Positions 56,568 to 63,876 of a DNA stretch of 63,876 nucleotides are shown one piece after another (positions within the stretch are counted from its first letter, which is position 1; every line of letters begins with the position of its first letter). The notes beneath the pieces are model-generated. The model made no database searches, was not told the origin of the DNA, and saw only the letters and a list, made by a program, of their open reading frames with translations. The stretch is from a bacterium (GTDB taxonomy: Bacteria > Babelota > Babeliae > Babelales > RVW-14): the NCBI GenBank assembly GCA_043822925.1, contig JBDRBF010000055.1:1-63876 (forward strand). Direction: 5' to 3'. A program made the translations under genes and the position numbers.

Positions 56568-58067
56568 ATGATTACATTTTTCTTTAAAACATATGGTTGT
56601 TTGGCCAACGTTGCGGATTCTCAAAGTGTTGCAAAATATTTGAAGCTTTTGGGTTGTGATGATGTGGCGACTGAAGATCAAGCTGATATTATTATAATAA
56701 ATACGTGTGCGGTGCGTGATAAAGCTGAGCAAAAGCTATTTTCCTATATTGGCCAACTTATTGATCTTAAAAAAAAGAGACCATATTTGAATGTTGGGAT
56801 TATGGGTTGTGTTGCCAGTTACAAAAAAGATGAAATTTATAAACGCTTTGATCTTGTTAACTTTGTGCATGGCGCACGTGACGATATAAATATCTTACAA
56901 GCTTTTTTGGCTGATTTGGTTGTAAAACTTGAAACTAAAAAACAGTTGTTTGATCAGCAAGAATTTTCAGGGCAGGTATTGCTTGAAGAGCTTGAAGGTG
57001 GAGCGGCTGGTAATCCAAAAACGGTTGCTTTGCACACAAAGATATGGTCTGGCGGTCAGGCAGGTGACTTACGTAAGCGCTTTACTATCGATAATTTAGC
57101 GAGCAAGTATGCCCTTGCGAGTAAGGGGCGCATAGATTTCGATGAAAAATTACAGGATATTAAGCCCTTTAAAAAAGAATTAGAATTAAATCGTTCGTTT
57201 ATTACGATTATGACCGGGTGTAATAAGTATTGTGATTATTGTATTGTGCCGTTTACGCGCGGGCGTGAAGTTAGTTTTTCGGCTCAGGCTATTCTTGACC
57301 GTATAAGCTATGATGTTACGCAGGGTGCGCGTGAAGTAACGCTTGTTGGCCAAAATGTAAACTCGTATAAAGATCCAGTGACTGGTGCAGATTTTTCCGA
57401 GCTTTTGCGTCAGGTCGCAGCAATGCCGGGTGAGTTTTGGGTTCGTTGGATGAGTCCTCATCCGCAAGATATGACGCCAGAGCTTTTTGATGTCATATCT
57501 GCTCATCAAGATCGTATACCTGCGTATGTGCATTTTCCGGTTCAATCTGGATCTAATAGAATTTTGGAACTTATGAAGCGTAATTATACGCGTGAGTATT
57601 ATTTGGAACAAATTAAATGGTTGAGGGACCGGATGCCTGATGCAGTTATATCGACTGATATAATTGTTGGTTTTCCGGGCGAAACAGAAGAAGATTTTGT
57701 TCAAACGTATGACTTACTTGAAAAAGTGCGCTTTGATTTTAGTTATTTATTTATTTATTCTCCGCGTCAGTATACGGGGGCGAGTAAACGTGAAGATTCC
57801 TGTTCAAAGCAGGTAAAAAACGATCGTCTTGAGTTGCTTAAAAAGCGTCAATTAGAGATCGCTCTTGAAAAAAATAGTGAGCGAATTGGCACAATTATGA
57901 AAACTTTAGTTGAAAAACGTCTTACAAATGGTAAGCTTTTAGCACGTACTCAAGGAAATATACGAGTTCTTTTTAATGGCGATGATAGTTTGATTGGAAA
58001 TTTTGTCGATGTTAAAATCGATACGGTAGCTCCAACAAGCTTCTTTGCGACCATCCTACGCTCTTAG
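56568..58067 (+). CDS. miaB: tRNA-2-methylthio-N6-dimethylallyladenosine synthase (radical SAM methylthiotransferase)
   Basis: MITFFFKTYGCLAN, NTCAVRDKAEQK, GCVAS, MTGCNKYCDYCIVPFTRG (CxxxCxxC), C-terminal TRAM-like GNFVDVKI. The ORF track starts at an upstream GTG (56520). Confidence 0.85.
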   Translation: MITFFFKTYGCLANVADSQSVAKYLKLLGCDDVATEDQADIIIINTCAVRDKAEQKLFSYIGQLIDLKKKRPYLNVGIMGCVASYKKDEIYKRFDLVNFVHGARDDINILQAFLADLVVKLETKKQLFDQQEFSGQVLLEELEGGAAGNPKTVALHTKIWSGGQAGDLRKRFTIDNLASKYALASKGRIDFDEKLQDIKPFKKELELNRSFITIMTGCNKYCDYCIVPFTRGREVSFSAQAILDRISYDVTQGAREVTLVGQNVNSYKDPVTGADFSELLRQVAAMPGEFWVRWMSPHPQDMTPELFDVISAHQDRIPAYVHFPVQSGSNRILELMKRNYTREYYLEQIKWLRDRMPDAVISTDIIVGFPGETEEDFVQTYDLLEKVRFDFSYLFIYSPRQYTGASKREDSCSKQVKNDRLELLKKRQLEIALEKNSERIGTIMKTLVEKRLTNGKLLARTQGNIRVLFNGDDSLIGNFVDVKIDTVAPTSFFATILRS

Positions 58068-58099
58068 CCTCACGGCTTGTAGCTTCGGATGGCAGGCCC
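58052..58099. repeat. family-A palindromic repeat overlapping the miaB stop
   Basis: The reverse complement gggcctgccatccgaagctacaagccgtgaggctaagagcgtaggatg shares GCCTGCC..CGAAGC..GCGTAGGA with 14704-14762. The miaB TAG (58065-58067) lies inside it. Confidence 0.6.
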
Positions 58100-58174
58100 T
58101 CTAACTCTTTGGCGAGTTGCTTTCTATGTTAAAGCTACGGGGCGAGACGCATAGAGAGTGTGGAATAAAAAAGC

Positions 58175-58248
58175 GGCGGCATAGCCAAGTGGTAAGGCAT
58201 GGGTCTGCAAAACCTTGATCCCCGGTTCGATTCCGGGTGCCGCCTCCA
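58175..58248 (+). tRNA. tRNA-Cys (GCA)
   Basis: Acceptor ggcggca/tgccgcc, anticodon loop ct-GCA-aa, T-arm ccggg-ttcgatt-ccggg, encoded CCA. 74 nt. Confidence 0.9.
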
Positions 58249-58291
58249 AAAAGTACGTGATCTTTTAAAAAATGTTCCTAAAAATTTGGTT

Positions 58292-58379
58292 GCCGGGGTG
58301 GCGGAATTGGTAGACGCAAGGGACTTAAAATCCCTCGGGCCTAAAGCTCGTGCCGGTTCGAGTCCGGCCCTCGGCACCA
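58292..58379 (+). tRNA. tRNA-Leu (TAA)
   Basis: Acceptor gccgggg/cctcggc, anticodon loop ct-TAA-aa, long variable arm, T-arm gccgg-ttcgagt-ccggc, encoded CCA. 88 nt. Confidence 0.9.
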
Positions 58380-58602
58380 TAAGAAAATCAAATTATTTGT
58401 CATCTCAGGTTTGATCTGGGATGGCAAGGTCTATTTTATAGTTACTCTCTCATAAATACTCAATTAAACATTTTCTGGCCAAAACCAAATCTTGACAAAA
58501 ATTATTTGATGAACAATTCTGACAATGTGTAATGTTTGTGTTGGCTTTTGTGTTGTTAATCCGTTTCTAAACCCTGGTTCTTGATGGGATGAGGAGAAAG
58601 AT

Positions 58603-58875
58603 ATGAATAAAGCAGAGTTAATCGATTATATGGCCAAGGAGACCAAACTTGCAAAAACAGAATGCAAGCATGCTTTGGAAGCTATTATTAAGGGTATCGA
58701 AACTACCCTTAAAAAAGGTAAAAATGTTGTATTAACAGGTTTTGGAACATATTCAACGATGAAAAGAAAAGAACGTATTGGCGTAAATCCAGCAACAGGT
58801 GCTCAGATGAAAATTGCTGCCAAACGTGTTCCAAAGTTCAAGCCTGGCAAAAAATTAAAAGATTTAGTTAGATAA
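58603..58875 (+). CDS. hup: HU-family DNA-binding protein
   Basis: MNKAELID...GFGTYSTMKRKERIGVNPATGAQMKIAAKRVPKFKPGKKLKD. GGAGAAAG RBS upstream. Confidence 0.9.
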   Translation: MNKAELIDYMAKETKLAKTECKHALEAIIKGIETTLKKGKNVVLTGFGTYSTMKRKERIGVNPATGAQMKIAAKRVPKFKPGKKLKDLVR

Positions 58876-58901
58876 GTTTTTAACTTGATTGATAAGTTTT
58901 A

Positions 58902-58941
58902 AAGAGAGAGGGGCTGATGCAAAAGCCCTTCTCTCTTTTTA
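58902..58941 (+). terminator. rho-independent terminator after the HU gene
   Basis: aagagagaggggc-tgatgcaaaa-gcccttctctctt followed by ttt. Confidence 0.75.
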
Positions 58942-59102
58942 GTTTGTGCGTGTATAGTATTATTTTTTATATTTTGAGATCAAGTCTAGAGATCTGACAG
59001 ATTTATTTGTTAAGATTCGTACTAAGATTATGCATGTGAATTTTACTCTGGTGTTGTGTCTTAGTTATAGTGCCCTGGTCGATGATTAGAGGAGATCGGA
59101 TA

Positions 59103-59531
59103 ATGGAAATGTCAGAAATGTTTGATTCTGTTACTCAATGGGTAAAAGATTTGTGGAATAGCTTTGATTTGCAAAAATGGTCAGAAAAAATTGGCGGATC
59201 TTCAGCTGAAGCAGTGCAAGCTGGTTTCTATTTTATGTTATTCTTTGCTTCTGGATTTTTGTTTAAGAAGTACTTTAAGTTTATATTTGTTTGTCTTTTG
59301 CTTTCGCTTATTCTGGTTAAAGTTTTTGAATATAATGGGTTTTTGCAAATTGACATGGTTGCTATAAAAAAAGCATTGGGATTAGTCTCTGCTCAAGTAC
59401 AAACGCCGGGCGTGCCTGTTGAGGCCGGTTTTAACACATTAATTAATTCGTCTTTTGATTGGATTAAAGCGCACGTGCTTATTTTTGTTTCATCAGTTAT
59501 TGGCTTTCTTGTTGGTTATAAGCTTGGATAA
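59103..59531 (+). CDS. small membrane protein of unknown function
   Basis: ATG at 59103 preceded by GGAGA. At least three hydrophobic helices. The stop lies 6 nt before the pilB/gspE-like gene. Confidence 0.5.
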   Translation: MEMSEMFDSVTQWVKDLWNSFDLQKWSEKIGGSSAEAVQAGFYFMLFFASGFLFKKYFKFIFVCLLLSLILVKVFEYNGFLQIDMVAIKKALGLVSAQVQTPGVPVEAGFNTLINSSFDWIKAHVLIFVSSVIGFLVGYKLG

Positions 59532-59536
59532 TAATT

Positions 59537-60787
59537 ATGATGCATGATGGGGACCAAGGCGACAGCACTTATTTTTTACTAAGTACCGAAGAAAAAATAA
59601 AGCAGGGGCTCGTTGGGGACCGCGTTGTAGATCTTGTTGATGCAATTTTACATCAAGCGATAGAACAAGGGGCTTCAGATGTTCATTTTCAACCTGATGG
59701 CCATGTTTTGCGCATTAGGTATAGAATTGATGGGATTTTGTACGATCGTGCTCCTGTTGCTCATGAGTTATGGTTTCAGGTTATCTCGCGCATTAAAGTA
59801 ATTTCAGCTCTTGATATTGCAGAAAAGCGAGTTCCTCAAGATGGAAAATTTAAAGTGAGCATGGCGACAAGAAGAGATTCTATTGATTTTCGTGTGTCGA
59901 CTTTTCCGTCAATATATGGTGAAAAGCTTGTAGTGCGAATTCTTGATCGGTCTTCAAATCTTTTAAGTTTAGACTCACTTGGTTTTTCAGCTCAAAATTT
60001 AGCTGCAATAAAAGCAGTTGTTACTGCGCCGTATGGTTTTTTTTTGGTTACTGGTCCAACCGGTGCGGGTAAAACAACAACGCTGTATGCGATACTTTCG
60101 AGTTTAAATAGTGCTGAAAAAAATATTATTACTATGGAAGATCCCGTTGAGTATGACTTATCAGGGATTACGCAGAGTCAGGTAAATAGGCACACCGGGT
60201 TTATGTTTGAAAATGGTTTACGGTCAATTTTGCGTCAAGATCCTGATATTATTATGATTGGTGAAATACGTGATGCGCCGACGGTATCTATGGCTATAGA
60301 ATCCGCGCTTACAGGGCATTTGGTGCTTTCGACGTTACATACAAATGATGCGGCAGGTGTTATTACGCGTTTGATAGATATGGGTGTAGAGCCGTTTTTA
60401 ATTAATGCGTCGTTGAGTGGGGTTCTTGCCCAGCGCTTGGCGCGTAAATTGTGCGATTACTGTAAAAAAGAAGTAATTGTGACATCAGCAGAGAGAGTGC
60501 TTGCAGAGAAAAATGGTGTACAACTAAAGAGATTATTCAAGGCTACAGGGTGTAAGCACTGTTTGAATCTTGGATATAAAGGCCGGGTGGGGCTTTTTGA
60601 GTTTTTAATGCCGAGTGAAGGCTTGCGGCAGTGTATTTCTGGATTTTCCGGGAAAATGTCTCATAAGATTATTCGTGAGCAGGCAATTCAAGATGGGATG
60701 GTATCTTTATTTCATGATGGGATAAGTAAGGTTAATCAGGGGATTATATCGCTTGAAGAGCTTGTTTTGGTTGCAGGGTCTGTTTAA
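59537..60787 (+). CDS. GspE/PilB-family secretion ATPase (short form, lacks the N-terminal N1 domain)
   Basis: VTGPTGAGKTTTLY Walker A, DPDIIMIGEIRD, VLSTLHTNDA, tetracysteine CDYC...CKHC, GYKGRVGLFE. Confidence 0.85.
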   Translation: MMHDGDQGDSTYFLLSTEEKIKQGLVGDRVVDLVDAILHQAIEQGASDVHFQPDGHVLRIRYRIDGILYDRAPVAHELWFQVISRIKVISALDIAEKRVPQDGKFKVSMATRRDSIDFRVSTFPSIYGEKLVVRILDRSSNLLSLDSLGFSAQNLAAIKAVVTAPYGFFLVTGPTGAGKTTTLYAILSSLNSAEKNIITMEDPVEYDLSGITQSQVNRHTGFMFENGLRSILRQDPDIIMIGEIRDAPTVSMAIESALTGHLVLSTLHTNDAAGVITRLIDMGVEPFLINASLSGVLAQRLARKLCDYCKKEVIVTSAERVLAEKNGVQLKRLFKATGCKHCLNLGYKGRVGLFEFLMPSEGLRQCISGFSGKMSHKIIREQAIQDGMVSLFHDGISKVNQGIISLEELVLVAGSV

Positions 60788-60804
60788 TTTTGTATCGAAA
60801 TAGG

Positions 60805-60838
60805 GCGAATGAGCGCCTCAGACGCTCATTCGCGTTTA
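60805..60838 (+). terminator. rho-independent terminator after the GspE/PilB-like gene
   Basis: gcgaatgagcg-cctcaga-cgctcattcgc followed by gttta. Confidence 0.7.
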
Positions 60839-60884
60839 TAAAATACTAAAAGCAGCGTAAAAACCAGCAAAATAACAACGTAGA

Positions 60885-60912
60885 TTGACAGTAAGTAAAT
60901 AGCTGTTATAGT
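60885..60912 (+). promoter_or_regulatory. sigma-70-like promoter candidate for the DEAD-box helicase gene
   Basis: TTGACA (60885-60890), 16-nt spacer, TATAGT (60907-60912). This would give a ~330-nt leader before the ATG at 61248. Confidence 0.4.
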
Positions 60913-61247
60913 GTTCTTATACTGTTAAATTACATAAAAACGCTCAAACTGTTTTAATTGTGATTTAATTCATGCGGTGAAGTCTGTATTTTAATTATAC
61001 AGCGTTTTGTCATACAGCCTTAAGGACTTTCGTAAGAAAGAGGCTTCCAATGGGGGGCACAATCTGTGCTGTAGGATTCCAAATCGTTTCGTGTTTTAAA
61101 CGACGACGCATTAGTCTTCATCGCGATTTTATTCTCTTATGTAAAGAGGATAAAAGAGTGATTTTATGTTGTTCGTACGTGCTGCCCGGTTAATTTTGCA
61201 AAAAACACATGCAGAAATCGATGCAGTTTATACCGAGAAGGATACCT

Positions 61248-62912
61248 ATGGTGTCAAATTTTAATTCAAATAATATTACTGGTTCTAGTCCTGTTGATCG
61301 TACATTCATCGCTAAAGATGACTTTGCGACGTCAGATCAAACAATGTTTAAAGATTTTGCTATATCAGCTGATATTCTTAGAGCGCTTGAAGATTTAGGT
61401 TTTCAGCATGCTTTTCCAATTCAAGCTCAGGCGATTCCATCAGTTCTTGAAGGGCGCGACATTATTGGTTTAGCGCATACAGGAACAGGAAAAACAGCAG
61501 CTTTTGCAATTCCTGCAATACAAATGGTTGATGCTAATTCAAGAGATCCACAGGTTATTGTTATGTGTCCAACTCGTGAACTTGCGGTGCAAGTTTGTGG
61601 TGAAGCAGAAAAACTAACCAAATATAAAACAGCTGTTAAAGCAGGGGCTATTTATGGTGGTGCTTCTATTGAGCAACAAATTTCTATGTTGCGACGTGGA
61701 GTTCAAATTGTTGTTGGTACTCCTGGTCGGTTACTCGATCATCTTTCACGTAAAACGTTAAAGCTTGATAATATTAAAATGGTTGTTTTGGACGAAGCTG
61801 ACGAAATGCTTAACATGGGCTTTCGTGAAGATATTGAAAAAATTTTGCAATATATCCCAGGAAAACATCAAACATTATTGTTCTCAGCAACAATGTCTCC
61901 TGACATTTTGCGTTTAACAAAGAATTATCAAGATAATCCAAAGATGATTCAAGTTGCTTCTAAATCAACAGCTCAACAAAATATTGAACAGATTTATTTT
62001 GAAGTTGGACCATCAATGAAAGTTGATTTACTTGCTCGCTTGGTTGATTTGCATGCACCAAAACGTTCAATAGTGTTTTGTAACACTAAAAGACGTGTTG
62101 ACGAAGTTATTGATCAATTGCAAGGAGCTGGTTATCCCGTTGATGCGATTCATGGTGATATTAGCCAAATGAAGCGTAATAAAGTTATAGCGCGTTTCCG
62201 TAAAGGTGATGTGACTATTTTAGTCGCAACAGACGTTGCGGCCCGTGGTCTTGACATTCAGGATGTTGAAGCAGTTTTTAACTATGATATTCCACGTGAA
62301 ACAGAATCGTATGTTCATAGAATTGGACGTACTGGACGAGCTGGAAAAACTGGTAGAGCATTTAGCTTTGTTACCAGATCTGAGCATGGTCGTTTTGAAA
62401 TGATTAAACGTTATGTCAAAATGGATATATACGAAGAACGCATTCCATCACGTAAAGAGCTTGAGGATCTTAAATTAAATAAGTTTTTATCGACGATAAA
62501 AGAAGTTATTGAAAAGAACGATTTATCTAAAAATAAAGATATTATTGCTAGATTAACAGCTCAAAGTATTGATCCAGTTGTTATTGCAGCTGCATTGTTA
62601 GAAATGACAGGATTGGCAAAACAAAAGACAATCGAGCCAAAATTTGAGAGTTCTGGACGAGGTGATCGCGAAGAAGGTGATTTCCGTCGCTCAGATCGTG
62701 GACCTCGTAGAAGCTTTGGAACCAGCAGACCTTCAGGCCGTAGAGATAACAGAGATAATAGCTTTAGCAGAGATAGAGACAGCAGCTTTGGTTCAGAGTC
62801 ATCATCTGAAGGTGGTAATTCACGCTTTAGATCACGTGGCTTTAGACCTCGTTCAAGATCTACCAATGGTGGTGGTTTTTCAAGGCCAAGACCTGATTCA
62901 TCATCGTTTTAA
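61248..62912 (+). CDS. deaD: DEAD-box ATP-dependent RNA helicase with R/S/G-rich C-terminal tail
   Basis: Q-motif FQHAFPIQ, AHTGTGKT, PTRELA, VLDEADEML, SAT, ATDVAARGLD, HRIGRTGRAG. Tail RGDREEGDFRRSDRGPRRSFG...RFRSRGFRPRSRS. ATG at 61248 preceded by GAGAAGGA. Confidence 0.9.
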   Translation: MVSNFNSNNITGSSPVDRTFIAKDDFATSDQTMFKDFAISADILRALEDLGFQHAFPIQAQAIPSVLEGRDIIGLAHTGTGKTAAFAIPAIQMVDANSRDPQVIVMCPTRELAVQVCGEAEKLTKYKTAVKAGAIYGGASIEQQISMLRRGVQIVVGTPGRLLDHLSRKTLKLDNIKMVVLDEADEMLNMGFREDIEKILQYIPGKHQTLLFSATMSPDILRLTKNYQDNPKMIQVASKSTAQQNIEQIYFEVGPSMKVDLLARLVDLHAPKRSIVFCNTKRRVDEVIDQLQGAGYPVDAIHGDISQMKRNKVIARFRKGDVTILVATDVAARGLDIQDVEAVFNYDIPRETESYVHRIGRTGRAGKTGRAFSFVTRSEHGRFEMIKRYVKMDIYEERIPSRKELEDLKLNKFLSTIKEVIEKNDLSKNKDIIARLTAQSIDPVVIAAALLEMTGLAKQKTIEPKFESSGRGDREEGDFRRSDRGPRRSFGTSRPSGRRDNRDNSFSRDRDSSFGSESSSEGGNSRFRSRGFRPRSRSTNGGGFSRPRPDSSSF

Positions 62913-62913
62913 T

Positions 62914-62996
62914 TCCCGGGGTTAATCCGTCTACGCCAAGGCTACGACGCGACACGAATCCCAGGTTAATACGAGTTTCGTGCTTTGCATGAGAAA
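62914..62996. repeat. family-B modular repeat downstream of the helicase gene
   Basis: cccggggttaat..., ...cccaggttaat..., and tttcgtgctttgcatgagaaa. The last is the inverted counterpart of tttctcgtgcggagcacgaaa at 17722-17742. Confidence 0.6.
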
Positions 62997-63012
62997 TCGT
63001 ATTTATAAATTA

Positions 63013-63050
63013 AAGAGGCTCTCGATTAAGTTCGGGGGCTTCTTTTTTTT
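63013..63050 (+). terminator. rho-independent terminator after the helicase gene
   Basis: agaggctctcga-ttaag-ttcgggggcttct (G-U-containing stem) followed by a run of eight T. Confidence 0.6.
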
Positions 63051-63171
63051 GTTGCTCTGCCGCGCTTTTTATTCTTTTAAAATATTTTTTATCTGATAAT
63101 ATGTGGTGACGTTATGTAACGTTTATCGTGTAAAATTAGTAATATTTTTTTAGCATCGTATTGGTAAATTC

Positions 63172-63876
63172 ATGAACAAGATATTTTTAAAAAGATTGTA
63201 TCGCAGCATCTACTCGCTTACTTTAATTGTTTTATTTTCAGGGTGTTTTATTTTTGCGGAGAAAAAACTTGAAATAAAACCAGAAGAGAAGCCTGTCGAC
63301 AATTCTCGTGCTTTAGTGTTGTACGATCAACGCAAGTTGCAAAAAGATACTTTAGAAGAAGAATTTAAAGACGAGTTTTTTGATGATCAGATAGATTTTG
63401 ATTTTACATCAAAGAAAAGATATCCGAATAAAAGATATGAACCAAAGCTCGCAGCGTTTAAGAAAAATTTGGAGAAACAGCGAAAAGAATTAGAGAAAAA
63501 GCAAAAAACATTTAAAGAAGAATGCAAAAAAGCGAAGAAGAAAAAGGGTAAATTTGACGATGCTCCTGATTCGTTTTTGGAAGAAGTCTCTGATATTTTT
63601 AAAAAACAGTTAAATATCAACAATATTGGGCTGTGGCTTATCGATACAGCGTTAACGACAGGTAAGTATGTGCTTGTGGTTTGCGTTCTTGTGTACATAA
63701 TTTTGAGCGGTGGTGAGTGGTTTATAAATAAATGTAAGCATAAGCTTGCGCAAATCTTTTTATTTGGTGGTGATAGTTCTGGAAGTAGCGCAACAGGTGG
63801 GACGAGTGCTGGGCCGACAGAGACTGAAAAATTAACTAAAAAGATGGCAGAGCAAACTGATGCGTTTTATCAAAAA
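63172..63876 (+). CDS. hypothetical lipoprotein-like membrane protein, N-terminal part (runs off the window end)
   Basis: ATG at 63172 opens 235 stop-free codons to the window edge. LIVLFSGC lipobox-like signal, K/E-rich region, one TM helix (YVLVVCVLVYIIL), G/S-rich stretch. Not in the ORF track because it has no stop. Confidence 0.55.
   Translation, partial: MNKIFLKRLYRSIYSLTLIVLFSGCFIFAEKKLEIKPEEKPVDNSRALVLYDQRKLQKDTLEEEFKDEFFDDQIDFDFTSKKRYPNKRYEPKLAAFKKNLEKQRKELEKKQKTFKEECKKAKKKKGKFDDAPDSFLEEVSDIFKKQLNINNIGLWLIDTALTTGKYVLVVCVLVYIILSGGEWFINKCKHKLAQIFLFGGDSSGSSATGGTSAGPTETEKLTKKMAEQTDAFYQK

Noticed and set aside
58135-58414. ORFs 58135-58380 (minus) and 58199-58414 (plus).
   Set aside because: Both are read across the tRNA-Cys and tRNA-Leu genes and are artefacts.
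63387-63698. 103-aa minus-strand ORF near the window end.
   Set aside because: It lies antisense inside the longer open frame that starts at 63172 and runs off the window. That frame has a lipobox-like signal and a TM helix.

Overview
This is a visibly AT-rich, tightly packed bacterial chromosome segment. It looks like an obligate intracellular, energy-parasitic lineage, because it carries three ATP/ADP-translocase-type nucleotide transporter paralogs and many orphan secreted proteins. A Dependentiae/TM6-, Chlamydiae- or Rickettsiales-like lifestyle is inference only. Bases 1-26108 form one large surface-glycan island. A roughly 16.5-kb minus-strand gene string runs: ABC exporter, gmd, fcl, pseB, pseC, cytidylyltransferase, methyltransferase, pseH-like GNAT, an SDR::ATP-grasp fusion, HAD hydrolase, pseI, a Cst-II/Maf-like nonulosonate transferase, GT2, epimerase, FkbM-like protein. 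It diverges from a plus-strand string of UDP-xylose synthase, four GT4 glycosyltransferases and one CgeB-type glycosyltransferase, ugd and a methyltransferase. Bases 26.1-27.5 kb are a decayed patch with a 5'-truncated AAA+/PD-(D/E)xK ATPase, a tRNA 3' fragment and repeats. The remainder is mostly housekeeping: grpE, pssA, an HtrA-like protease, tlyA, uvrD/pcrA, atpD-atpC, secA, ychF, miaB, tRNA-Cys, tRNA-Leu, HU, a pilB/gspE-like ATPase and a DEAD-box helicase. Several lineage-specific items are interleaved with it:
- an intact AAA+/nuclease ATPase wedged between two transporter paralogs, preceded by five exactly phased 22-bp iterons;
- a NurA-like nuclease overlapping an Uup-like ABC-F ATPase;
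- a 7-TM PQ-loop protein;
- a cluster of small secreted helical paralogs;
- a secreted protein with a bipartite NLS-like motif.
Two modular palindromic repeat families fill many intergenic spacers and in places have been absorbed into coding sequence. All product calls come from motif recognition by eye; no database search, alignment or folding program was run.
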